Source: a candidate division WWE3 bacterium (GTDB lineage: Bacteria > Patescibacteriota > WWE3 > 2-01-FULL-39-13). From it: 64,000 nucleotides of DNA. A model generated the notes under the pieces. The model worked only from the letters and a program-made list of their open reading frames with translations. It did no database searches and was not told the origin of the DNA. The DNA is taken from the NCBI GenBank assembly GCA_943354835.1, contig CALRDH010000003.1, positions 12,939 through 76,938 on the forward strand, written 5' to 3'. The position numbers and the translations under genes are program-made. The first letter of the stretch is position 1. Each line of letters opens with the position of its first letter. Shown here piece by piece: positions 19,710 through 29,311 of the stretch.

Positions 19710-21029
19710 TCAAAGTTTACCCCTTAATAATTTTTCAATAATATATGGATTTTCTTTTATAAAAATTTGACTATTTATAGTCCAATGTCCTAATTGCAAT
19801 GTGGTTAATCCCTCAAGAACTCCTGCTATTTTGTCTATCTGTATTGATACTTTTGTAATGGCGAAAGTTTGTTTTGGTTTTAATACTGTATTTCCATCTG
19901 AATTAGCAACTATTTCAACATCAAATAAAATTTCTACATTAGCGATTAGTCCAAAACATTTTTTGAACGCACTAAAAATTTGTTTCTCAGCAAATTTAAA
20001 ATAATCTTGCAATGCAAATGGAACATTTCTTAGCTCCATTCCATCCGATCGCATTTGATTAAAACTGAGCCACTTTCCGGTATTTACCCTAAATTCATTC
20101 GTAGTTACCTTAAGTTCACCAGTAAAATTATTGCTAAATACTAACCCAGTACAGTAATGTGAATGCGACCTGATTATCTTCACTTTACTTAAATCGGCTA
20201 TTTTAAGGCCGAATTCTTCATAACTTTCCACAGCAATGCCATATCTAGGATGATATGGCGTTGGATTAAAACCTCCAGCAGTCGCCAAACCATACGATCC
20301 TTCTGATTGATACCAAGTTTCGCCAACCGCAATATCTCCAAATTCATTGATATGTAGAATGCCGAAATTATGTATTTTACTTTTGTCTAGGTTTGAGATG
20401 AATCTACCTAATGTGATTTTCTTTAGAGATATCCCTGAAATTGCGCGGTTTAAACTTATTAAATCATTTTTAATTTTTACACGTTTAACGAATTTCCTGT
20501 AATTTGGAAGACACAGATTAGAACAATAATTCGGTCCTAAGTTTAAATTGTATTCCCGACCTATTTCTATCTTGTAAAATGGCGAGAGATTTTTTTGAAC
20601 ATGATCGTTCGCAAAAACATCCTTATAAATTTTTTCTAAATATGCAGATTTGCAAATTGAATATATTTCATACGCAAGCAAGTTGGCTAAAACATCGTTA
20701 AGATCAGAGTAGTTACGATGGTATCTACTAATCTTATGTTTATCATTTTCAACGATATTGATTTCATCTACTCCTAGTTGAGCTGCATATCTCTCTTCGT
20801 TTAATCTTAGTATAAATTCTGAACCTGCTAAATTTAAAACCATAGAGTCCCGCCCTTCTAGTTCAGTGAAACCTAAGAGATAAGGTATTAGAGGTTTTAA
20901 TCCTCTGTGGACGAATTTAAGATTCCACTTAATTTCCGTGAAATTATATTTCACATCGACTGAATCACAGCGTGTTAGTAATTTACTAACGGCAATAAGA
21001 TTTTCCACTTTGGAAATTGGATTAATCAT
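19710..21029 (-). CDS. Hypothetical protein with degenerate NUDIX domain
   Basis: GILHINEFGDIAVG..LATAGGFNPTPYHPRYGIAVESYEEFGL..NEF..KWLSF resembles a Nudix fold and box. Confidence 0.6.
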   Translation of the reverse strand: MINPISKVENLIAVSKLLTRCDSVDVKYNFTEIKWNLKFVHRGLKPLIPYLLGFTELEGRDSMVLNLAGSEFILRLNEERYAAQLGVDEINIVENDKHKISRYHRNYSDLNDVLANLLAYEIYSICKSAYLEKIYKDVFANDHVQKNLSPFYKIEIGREYNLNLGPNYCSNLCLPNYRKFVKRVKIKNDLISLNRAISGISLKKITLGRFISNLDKSKIHNFGILHINEFGDIAVGETWYQSEGSYGLATAGGFNPTPYHPRYGIAVESYEEFGLKIADLSKVKIIRSHSHYCTGLVFSNNFTGELKVTTNEFRVNTGKWLSFNQMRSDGMELRNVPFALQDYFKFAEKQIFSAFKKCFGLIANVEILFDVEIVANSDGNTVLKPKQTFAITKVSIQIDKIAGVLEGLTTLQLGHWTINSQIFIKENPYIIEKLLRGKL

Positions 21030-22482
21030 AAATTGAGTAAAAATTTAATTTACCACCTATGATTTTAGATGATATCTGCGTATTCGGTTCTATCTTAATA
21101 ATGTCAGAAATAATACGAACTCCATAATTTTCTTTATTTCTCGGATCAGAAATTTCTCCAATAAGTAAATTTGATTTAGTTGGAAATACATATTTGACTG
21201 GTATTTTGTTAATATAGTTAGTTATTTCAGCAATCATTTCATCTGACTTAGAAAGTAACAATTCTCCAAGAGTATGGCTTGGGACAACTATAACCCTTAA
21301 CACACCATAATCATTATAAAACCTACATCTGCTATACACTTCGCGATTAAATTGATAAATACCTTCAATGATATTTTTGTGGATCAGGTGTGAAAAGATT
21401 GCCAAAGACTCCTCACCGAAAGCCTCTGAAATCCCGGACCAATTTACCCAACGGTATGAAACAAGATGTAAATTCTTAAACGAATCTTGCCCCGACAAAA
21501 TGCTATATAATTCAAGATCTCTTGTATATTCAACGTTATTCTTCACAATCTCAAACGGAGATTCTTCTGAATTAAGAGTTTTATATATCATTAACATAGA
21601 TTTTTGATCTGATATTTTATGTACATTTTGATCAAGAAATATACTTTTTCTTATCAAATCGGGATATAGATAATTCATTGAGCCGACGTCTTCAGATATA
21701 CAATTATCTCGAATAATTCTAGAACCTTCATCTTTGTTAAATTTATCAAGAATTGCAAGATTTTTTAAATCAATTATATTCGGATCTATATTTTTACACG
21801 AAGTTTCAATCCAATATTTATCCCAATTGAATTCGATTTGGCGTGATTTGATACGGTCACATTGTTCTATTTGTACTTTTAAATAAACCCCGCCTTTTTT
21901 TTTGCTTTTACTATGCTTAAGGTGACTCAGATGTGTGTTAATCGCAAAATTATTAATGTTAAAGATTGAGACATCCAAACTTTTGACAATCCCATCAATG
22001 TCATTGGTTATAACAAAAAAACTAAATTCATCAATTCCATCACGAATTAAAAGCAATCCTTTATTTTCAACTCGTCCAAGTTTATTTTCAAGAATGTCTA
22101 ATACATATCGAATATATTCTATAAGAAACTTATCTGTCTTGTCATACCTATGCATTGCTAAAGATAAATTGTACATATTCCCAAAATCGATCGAAATTTT
22201 ATAAAAAACCTGATTGTTAGCTTCTGCAATAATATGAGATAAGTCTTCAAAAAATGCATAGTACTGTCCATCAATTGAATTTGATTGACGATCCACAAAT
22301 ACAAAACTCGAGATGAGTTGCTTTAATATTTGATAATCAGAAAGTGAGAAATTGTATTGCGATTGTATAGACTCCGCTAAAATCTCTTCGAAATCATTCA
22401 ATAAAAAATTTTTAGTTAGCACTATGCTCTCTACCAATCTTGGATTTATCCTAAGTTTTCCTAATAAAGTATTTAAATTCAC
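21022..22482 (-). CDS. Tandem GGDEF-like (palm nucleotidyltransferase) protein
   Basis: ISIDFGNMYNL..DKTDKFL..LIRDGIDEFSFFV; second decayed copy VSYRWVNWSGISEAFG; both end in HSK..GGV / DPR..YGV. Confidence 0.6.
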   Translation of the reverse strand: MNLNTLLGKLRINPRLVESIVLTKNFLLNDFEEILAESIQSQYNFSLSDYQILKQLISSFVFVDRQSNSIDGQYYAFFEDLSHIIAEANNQVFYKISIDFGNMYNLSLAMHRYDKTDKFLIEYIRYVLDILENKLGRVENKGLLLIRDGIDEFSFFVITNDIDGIVKSLDVSIFNINNFAINTHLSHLKHSKSKKKGGVYLKVQIEQCDRIKSRQIEFNWDKYWIETSCKNIDPNIIDLKNLAILDKFNKDEGSRIIRDNCISEDVGSMNYLYPDLIRKSIFLDQNVHKISDQKSMLMIYKTLNSEESPFEIVKNNVEYTRDLELYSILSGQDSFKNLHLVSYRWVNWSGISEAFGEESLAIFSHLIHKNIIEGIYQFNREVYSRCRFYNDYGVLRVIVVPSHTLGELLLSKSDEMIAEITNYINKIPVKYVFPTKSNLLIGEISDPRNKENYGVRIISDIIKIEPNTQISSKIIGGKLNFYSIYD

Positions 22483-22616
22483 GTTTTCTTCAGATATGAA
22501 ATTTAAGTAGAATCTATGATTTTCGCCGTGAGTATAGCATAATCATTAGCGCGACTAGCAGGAAATTCCTAACTTCATTTATCCTACCCACCCCCAGATT
22601 CACGTATAATACAGAC

Positions 22617-23159
22617 ATGAATCAAGACCTCATTCAAAAATTATCACTCGAGATTATTAACATGGCCAAAGAAGATCAATCAGCAAGAATTGGCAAGAAT
22701 CTAGATTGGGCTAAAATCCAGTTGATTGATGATAAAAATAGACCAAGGATGAAGGAAATTATTGAAAAATATGGCTATATTTCTCCTTCAGTATATGGAA
22801 AGGATGCCGCAAAGAGTGCTTGGTTACTGATACAGCATTTTCCACCGACAGATTTTCAAACTATGGAATTGTACCTAAACTTCATCAAACAAAATCCCGA
22901 AGGATTTGATACAGAATCTCTTGCACTTTTCGAAGATAGAATAAATGTTTATAACAACAAGCCTCAAGTTTATGGCTCACAAGCCTACTGTCCTACAAAT
23001 TCAAAAACTTGGTGCTTCCGAGAGATTGTTGACATAAAGAACGTTGATAAAAGAAGAAAACAAATCGGACTTGTGTCATTGAAAGAGTATGCAAAGGTCA
23101 TGGAAAAATATTACCAATACAAACTCGAATTACCAAAAGGATATATAGAGCAATCGTAA
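22617..23159 (+). CDS. DUF6624-family protein
   Basis: EDQSAR, AWLLIQH, EDRI..KPQVYGSQ, VDKRRKQIGL. Confidence 0.85.
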   Translation: MNQDLIQKLSLEIINMAKEDQSARIGKNLDWAKIQLIDDKNRPRMKEIIEKYGYISPSVYGKDAAKSAWLLIQHFPPTDFQTMELYLNFIKQNPEGFDTESLALFEDRINVYNNKPQVYGSQAYCPTNSKTWCFREIVDIKNVDKRRKQIGLVSLKEYAKVMEKYYQYKLELPKGYIEQS

Positions 23160-23189
23160 AGATTTATCCTCCCATCAATTTTTGTTGAT

Positions 23190-23217
23190 TTGACAATATT
23201 TTTTAAGGGTATACATT
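23190..23217 (+). promoter_or_regulatory. Putative sigma70 promoter for the DUF883 gene pair
   Basis: TTGACA-N16-TACATT. Confidence 0.35.
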
Positions 23218-23272
23218 ATACCTATAGTTTTATTTATTATCCTTTAATACATTATTGGATTGAAAGAAGTAC

Positions 23273-23572
23273 ATGGCAAGAAAAAATAACGACGTTTCAG
23301 AATTAAAGGCTAGACTTTCTGAAATTTTAACTGAAGTAGAAGAATTAGGTTCAGATGAAGTTAGTATTGTGCGTGATACACTCGATGAATATAGCAGAAA
23401 GCTTTCTGACAAAGCTAACGAGATAAAGGAAGACGTACAAGACAAAGCTATGGATATGAAAAAGCAAACAGATGAATATGTAGGCGAACATCCATGGCAT
23501 CTTGCAGCATATTCAGTAGCTATAGGTATTTTAATGGGGCTACTTCTAACCAAGTCTACATCTAAAAAATAA
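23273..23572 (+). CDS. DUF883 (ElaB/YqjD-like) membrane-anchored protein
   Basis: Charged helix then TDEYVGEHPW..AIGILMGLLL. Confidence 0.85.
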   Translation: MARKNNDVSELKARLSEILTEVEELGSDEVSIVRDTLDEYSRKLSDKANEIKEDVQDKAMDMKKQTDEYVGEHPWHLAAYSVAIGILMGLLLTKSTSKK

Positions 23573-23872
23573 ATGAGAATTCCGAAAGCTATCTTAGCTT
23601 CTATATTAGGGATAGCACTAAATAAATACGTTCCACTTAAACAAATAGTTAAAAGGATTGGATTTGGGATTTTGTTTATTGCATTCTCTATCTTATCGAT
23701 CTCTCTAACATTAGTTTTTGCTGCAATTACTTTTTTCTTTAGCCTTGCAAATCAAGCAATATATACAACCGCCGGTTTATGGACAACCGGCACTCTCGCA
23801 ATAATTTCAATATTACTTTTTGCCAGTGGGATTAGATTTATTTCCACTCGTAAAAATGAAATTCACCAATAA
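23573..23872 (+). CDS. Small membrane protein (YqjE/holin-like context)
   Basis: Abuts the DUF883 gene; 2-3 TM helices. Confidence 0.6.
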   Translation: MRIPKAILASILGIALNKYVPLKQIVKRIGFGILFIAFSILSISLTLVFAAITFFFSLANQAIYTTAGLWTTGTLAIISILLFASGIRFISTRKNEIHQ

Positions 23873-25166
23873 TTAACTTTGGCTCCCAGTCACTATCAGT
23901 TAAGGGCCCTCTATTTACTAAATAAAATTCCTGTTTATTCTCATCAAGATTAAAAAGATCGCTTTGTTTTATTATTCCCCAGTCACTCCAATCACCTTGC
24001 TGCAATTTAATATCATCTGAATAATATTTAGCATTAATAAAGTCCGTTGCACTTGTCATAACAATTGGTCTATTTGATTTGAAATTTCCAAGCTCCTTGT
24101 ATCCAATATTAACCAGTTGTTGATTATAAATTGTAAATACTGACAATATCAAATAAATAAAAACAAGTAGATTCGCTTTTTTTGGCAATACAGAAATAAA
24201 ATAAATAATTAATAATGCTGCATATCCAATTAAATATCTTTCAACATACAAGTTGAAGTTAAAGATTTTGCCGACTAAGGAAGTAAGAAAAACAGGAATC
24301 AATGCGAATGCCAATAATAAATAATGGTCAGTTGATTTTTTCGGCACTAATATTAAGCCTAATGCAATAATAAATGTAATTATTGCTGTAATAGTTGCGC
24401 TAAATGGAAATGGATTTATAGGCGGAGGTAATTGAGGATCATATGTATCAACACCAAAAATAAATGCCTGAAAACTCTGTGGCACCCGAGATAAAGAAAA
24501 TTCAGGAATCCATGATAGACCACTACTGCGTGAATTATTAAGCATCATAGGTATCCAAATTGTGATTACTAAAATTACAGGCAACATCCACTTAAAAGCT
24601 CTTTTGTCATTGATTACTAAAACTATGACGAAGATACCGATTATGAATATAGTTATGTAATGAGTCAAAAATAGTATCGGTAAAAATATAGTAATAGCTA
24701 TATATTTCTTGTCTTTATATGCTTTTATAAAAAGAAAAAATCCCAATACTATTAGAAATGCGAGCATTGAATTTGACCTTGCTTCTTTCGAATAAGTAAC
24801 CAAAAACGGATTTACAGCTATAACGAGTGCAACTAAATTTGCTTTATTAATACTTTTGGAAATATATAAAACTAAATAGTATGCAAGTGGTATTAATCCG
24901 ATGCCAAAAATAATAGATGGCAACCGTAACATCAACTCTGAATCTACATCATAAGTCCAAGCTTTTAATACAAAATAAAATAGCGGCGGATGCACATCTA
25001 TTTTTGAAAGCTTAAAAACTTCGGAATACGAATTCCTAATAATATCGGCTGAAAAAGCTTCGTCGTACCACAATTCTTTTGCTGAAATATTATGAAGTCT
25101 TACAACAAGCCCTATTAAAATAATAAAAGCAAGAACACATAGCTCTAAATACTTGGGTCTAATCAC
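23838..25166 (-). CDS. GT-C (family 39/PMT-like) glycosyltransferase
   Basis: LWYDEAFS, DVHPPLFY, LRLPS, YSKEARS; multi-TM. Confidence 0.9.
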   Translation of the reverse strand: MIRPKYLELCVLAFIILIGLVVRLHNISAKELWYDEAFSADIIRNSYSEVFKLSKIDVHPPLFYFVLKAWTYDVDSELMLRLPSIIFGIGLIPLAYYLVLYISKSINKANLVALVIAVNPFLVTYSKEARSNSMLAFLIVLGFFLFIKAYKDKKYIAITIFLPILFLTHYITIFIIGIFVIVLVINDKRAFKWMLPVILVITIWIPMMLNNSRSSGLSWIPEFSLSRVPQSFQAFIFGVDTYDPQLPPPINPFPFSATITAIITFIIALGLILVPKKSTDHYLLLAFALIPVFLTSLVGKIFNFNLYVERYLIGYAALLIIYFISVLPKKANLLVFIYLILSVFTIYNQQLVNIGYKELGNFKSNRPIVMTSATDFINAKYYSDDIKLQQGDWSDWGIIKQSDLFNLDENKQEFYLVNRGPLTDSDWEPKLIIGEFHFYEWK

Positions 25167-25207
25167 TTGAAGCCATACATTGTTACTGAAGTATATATGG
25201 TTTTAGC

Positions 25208-26182
25208 TTATTGCGTCGCTTCAAATTCTTGTATTAATGGTATAAGCGATAAATAATTCTGATACATATCAACGTATTTATCATCATATATAAGATCTCT
25301 GTTTCCGTATCCGCCAGTTTCATCAATCTTATATTTCCCATTTTCATCGATTGGCTCAACTTGGTATTCATATGCCGGAGTTCCTAAAGATCCCATGCTT
25401 ACCCATCTTTTTCTAATCCCTAAGATTGTGACTTCACTGTCGTTGTCTATTCCGCCAATCCAGGCTCTTTTCAAAGCATCGGTCAAAAACAGATATGAAT
25501 ATTTCCCATTCATTGATTTAAAAACTCTTGATGTAATTTTTCCATAAATATCAGATTCAGATTCCCAGGTTAAGACTAGATTATTAAAATCAGGTTTTTC
25601 ATTTTGCTCTATATAAATAGTTTCAGGAGCTGTTTTAATTTTAGTTTTATCAGCTGTGTAAATATCTCCAGAAATTTTTAAAGGGTCCTCAATAATCAAC
25701 TTAGAGTACATGGTATCAGTACCACTTTCCAAAGCTGTACCGTAAAATATTTGAATTCCTTCCATTTTATCAGCGATTTTAATTATGTCTTTATTTTGAG
25801 TAGAAATGAAGTACTGCAATTCAAATGGAAGCATTATGCTTTCTTCACTATAGCCTTTATCGTTCCAACTAGGTTGTTCATTACCTTCTTCATCAATCCT
25901 GTATTTATACGCTCTTAACAAACGATACAAACCCTGAGACTTACTCAAAAAGAAAGAGGAAACCAAATATTTTCCATCATCGCCTGCAATGTAAGCGATT
26001 AATCTTGGAACCTCATTACTTGCAATCTGAAATTTATCCGACAAATAAATGCTTCTACCTCCTATTGATATATGGTGTTTAGGAGAAAGCTTATATCTAA
26101 CTAAATCATCAATGGTTAACACTTTTTTATTAAAAGGACGCGAAAGGAAATAGGAATTGCTTAAAATATAATCAAATATCAT
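25208..26182 (-). CDS. Hypothetical protein
   Basis: 324-aa ORF, no recognised motif. Confidence 0.7.
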   Translation of the reverse strand: MIFDYILSNSYFLSRPFNKKVLTIDDLVRYKLSPKHHISIGGRSIYLSDKFQIASNEVPRLIAYIAGDDGKYLVSSFFLSKSQGLYRLLRAYKYRIDEEGNEQPSWNDKGYSEESIMLPFELQYFISTQNKDIIKIADKMEGIQIFYGTALESGTDTMYSKLIIEDPLKISGDIYTADKTKIKTAPETIYIEQNEKPDFNNLVLTWESESDIYGKITSRVFKSMNGKYSYLFLTDALKRAWIGGIDNDSEVTILGIRKRWVSMGSLGTPAYEYQVEPIDENGKYKIDETGGYGNRDLIYDDKYVDMYQNYLSLIPLIQEFEATQ

Positions 26183-26212
26183 ATTATATTTTTATAATTG
26201 AGATTAAACACA

Positions 26213-28753
26213 TCAATAATCCGAAATTACAAGCTCATCCCCTGCTTTTACTTCTTCGTTTATGATTTTGTCGGCAATTAGGGTTTCAATTTTATCCTCG
26301 ATTAATCGATTTAAAGGCCTTGCTCCCCATTCTCTTGAAAAACCTTCTTTGCTTAATTTTTCTATTAAATCTTGTCCATATATAATTTTGATTTTGTTCT
26401 TTTCCATCATTTTTTGACTTAGACCATTAAGTTTTATTTCTGTGATTTGCTTTACTTGATCCAAGGTCAATGGCGTAAATGGAACTAAAGCTGTGAATCT
26501 ATTTAAAAATTCTGGTGCAAAGTAGTCTTTAAGACCTTCGATTGTAATTTTTGTGATCTCATCTGGTGATTTATTTTCATCAATTGTTTTTATAACATCC
26601 TTTGTTCCAGCGTTTGTCGTCATTATTATAAAAGTATTAGTAAAATCAACGACCTCTCCAGTTGCGTCGCTTAATCGTCCATCATCTAAAATTTGAAGGA
26701 AAATATTTAATACATCTTTATTAGCCTTTTCAACTTCGTCTAAAAATAGCAATGAATATGGGTGCATCTTCACTTTCGACGTCAAAATTCCAACATTGCC
26801 ATTTGTGTCACCAATTAACCTGCTTAAACTTGAAGCGTCTTTAAATTCACTCATGTCGATTCGAGTAACAAGGTCTTCACGACCAAAATAATTTTTCGCC
26901 AAAGCCTTGGCCGTTTCGGTTTTACCAACTCCAGTTGGCCCAGAGAACAAGAAGCTTGCTATAGGTTTTTTATCATCTCTTACACCTGTTCTTGACCTTT
27001 TTAGAGCATTTACAATTAAAGTGATGGCCATATCCTGACCAATTACACTTTTGTGCAAAATTTCACCAAGAGTTTTTAAGATTTGTTTTTCATCTATATT
27101 TAAGGCAGAAACTGGAATATCAGCAGTTTGAGAAAAAACCTTTTTTAAAGTCGCTCGGTCTAGAATATTGCTTGAATTACCTTTTGAATTTGACACAGCT
27201 TCTATAAAAAGCTCAACAGCCTTGTCTGGCATTACACTTCTATGCAGATATTTTTTAGAAAGTGCTACAGATGTAAGAATTGCTGGAAAAGTCACAATCG
27301 GATAACCTTTAGTTCCACGACTTTTTTTGATTAATTGTTGGATTATTTCTATTGTTTCTGAATCTGTGGCTTCAGGCATATTTATATTATCAAAATCACG
27401 AGCAAACGAAGCTACTCCCGCAATATATTTTTCATAATCTTTCGCCGTTGTAGCACCAACAAATTGAAATTCGGCAGATGATAAATGAGGCTCAAATGCA
27501 TTAAATAGGTTTGTTTCTTTCGACTGGGCAAGTGTATGGATTTCATCTACGAATAAGATTATATTTCCAGCACCTAAGACCTCTTTTATTATATTTGTGA
27601 TTCTTGCATTAACTTCTCCAGGTGTTCCAGACTGAAGGGCCGTTGTATCAAGTTGAATTATTCTTTTGAATCTTAATGCCTGAATCTTAGTGCCTACAGC
27701 AATTTCACGAGCCATAGCGTGTACAAATGTCGTTTTTCCACAACCAGGTTGACCAACAAGCATTATATTGTTTCTCGAAGATTTACTTAATATATTGATA
27801 AATTCTTCTTTAACGATTTCTCTACCGACAAGTTTTGGCATTAAACCTTTTAGAGCAAGTTTAGTTAAATCTGTTCCGTATTTATTTAAATTGCTTGTAT
27901 ATCCAACGGCCCAAGATTTATCGATTCCACCTGCTGGTGGCAAGTTATATTCATCGCTCCAAATTGTTACTGGTTTTAATTTAAGGAAATTAGCAAAGTC
28001 TAATGAACCAATTATGTCTTGGCTGTTAATTTCAAATTTGTTTAAGAATTCATCGGAATCGACAAAATGTAGTAAATAACTCACAAATAATAATTCGTAT
28101 GTTAAATATGAGTGATTTTTGATTTGCGAATTTACTAAAAGGACTTTTTCGATAAAAAGTTTTGGATTTGCAGAGTTTTTATTTGCATCTAGATACTGAA
28201 AAACTGTTTCTGGTACAAGTTCTGCTATTTTTACAAACGTGATTATGCTTGCGTTCTTTTTGAAGGAATCAACAATGCTTTCGAACTTTCCTTTACTTAA
28301 ATTTTTAAATAGCAGTCGTAATGTGTGATCGCCAGCGCCTCCATATTCCTGAATTGATGCAGTATTTTTAATTTTGGAAATTGGAAAAAACAGAAAAAAG
28401 CAGATTCTATATGTGATTAAGAAAAGTACGAAACTTATACCAATCCAAAAATAATTGATCAAAAGATAAGGAATGCCTGCCAGAAGTCCTGCGTATACGA
28501 CAAGTCCGATGATAACACCACCTATCACAATTATTGTTGAAAGAACAATTGAAATTGTTCGAATAACAAAACCGTTAATTCTTGAGAAAATACCTGGAAG
28601 ACCAAACAAAGGCTTAAACAAACTTTTAATCATAGCCACCAAACCAAACTGATGGCTTAAAATAGCGGAAAGCCTATACAAAGAGCGGAAATACTTGCGA
28701 TGAAAATCGTATAAATAAAATCTAACGAGATATAAAAATAAATTAGAAATCAC
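26213..28753 (-). CDS. ClpA/B-family AAA+ ATPase with N-terminal membrane segment
   Basis: GQPGCGKT, FVDEIH, PDKAV, GPTGVGKTE, LDEVEKA, PEFLNR, GARPL; hydrophobic first ~125 aa. Confidence 0.92.
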   Translation of the reverse strand: MISNLFLYLVRFYLYDFHRKYFRSLYRLSAILSHQFGLVAMIKSLFKPLFGLPGIFSRINGFVIRTISIVLSTIIVIGGVIIGLVVYAGLLAGIPYLLINYFWIGISFVLFLITYRICFFLFFPISKIKNTASIQEYGGAGDHTLRLLFKNLSKGKFESIVDSFKKNASIITFVKIAELVPETVFQYLDANKNSANPKLFIEKVLLVNSQIKNHSYLTYELLFVSYLLHFVDSDEFLNKFEINSQDIIGSLDFANFLKLKPVTIWSDEYNLPPAGGIDKSWAVGYTSNLNKYGTDLTKLALKGLMPKLVGREIVKEEFINILSKSSRNNIMLVGQPGCGKTTFVHAMAREIAVGTKIQALRFKRIIQLDTTALQSGTPGEVNARITNIIKEVLGAGNIILFVDEIHTLAQSKETNLFNAFEPHLSSAEFQFVGATTAKDYEKYIAGVASFARDFDNINMPEATDSETIEIIQQLIKKSRGTKGYPIVTFPAILTSVALSKKYLHRSVMPDKAVELFIEAVSNSKGNSSNILDRATLKKVFSQTADIPVSALNIDEKQILKTLGEILHKSVIGQDMAITLIVNALKRSRTGVRDDKKPIASFLFSGPTGVGKTETAKALAKNYFGREDLVTRIDMSEFKDASSLSRLIGDTNGNVGILTSKVKMHPYSLLFLDEVEKANKDVLNIFLQILDDGRLSDATGEVVDFTNTFIIMTTNAGTKDVIKTIDENKSPDEITKITIEGLKDYFAPEFLNRFTALVPFTPLTLDQVKQITEIKLNGLSQKMMEKNKIKIIYGQDLIEKLSKEGFSREWGARPLNRLIEDKIETLIADKIINEEVKAGDELVISDY

Positions 28754-28788
28754 ACAAATATAGTAGCAAAATACTGTGTCAAATGCAT

Positions 28789-29268
28789 TTAAATAATTCC
28801 AAATTCTAAAAGAGCCCTTTGAGCAATTTCAAATTGATTTGGGAAGATTAAATAATCTTTTAAATCTGAAGGATTGATCCAATTATGGTCCTTGATTTCA
28901 CTTGCTTGAAATACCAAGTCTTCTTTATTACCTAAAAACTTAACTAAAAATTGTACCTTCTCTTGTCCCCTATACCACTTATTTCGTTTTGCAAATCCGC
29001 TTATAATATTGTCTTCTGACCACTCATACCTATTAATATATTGGCTTTGAGAAATAATTTCGAAATTAATATCGCCAAGTTCTTCTTTTAGCTCCCTAGT
29101 AATTCCCTCTGTTGGAGATTCATCATTTTCGAAACCTCCTCCGGGCAGATCCCATTCATTATCTTTATAAGAACACTTTTGAACAATCAAGATTTCATTT
29201 GAAGAATTAATCAAAAAAGCATTTGCGCCCATTCGATAAGGCATTTCGGAAATTGAAGGCATAGACAT
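28789..29268 (-). CDS. NUDIX hydrolase (RppH-like)
   Basis: PYRMG, WDLPGGGFENDESPTEGITRELKEELG, YRGQEK; start placed 7 nt after TATATT. Confidence 0.88.
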   Translation of the reverse strand: MSMPSISEMPYRMGANAFLINSSNEILIVQKCSYKDNEWDLPGGGFENDESPTEGITRELKEELGDINFEIISQSQYINRYEWSEDNIISGFAKRNKWYRGQEKVQFLVKFLGNKEDLVFQASEIKDHNWINPSDLKDYLIFPNQFEIAQRALLEFGII

Positions 29269-29311
29269 AATAGTAAATATAGCATTAAAGATGTTAAAAT
29301 CCATTCAAAAG

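Larger units (their letters stand above)
19532..22596. mobile_element. Small decayed island at tRNA-His with two cargo genes
   Basis: Begins at tRNA 3' end (ACCACCCCA) and ends at degenerate copy ACCCACCCCCA (22586-22596); two AT-rich overlapping ORFs inside. Confidence 0.5.
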
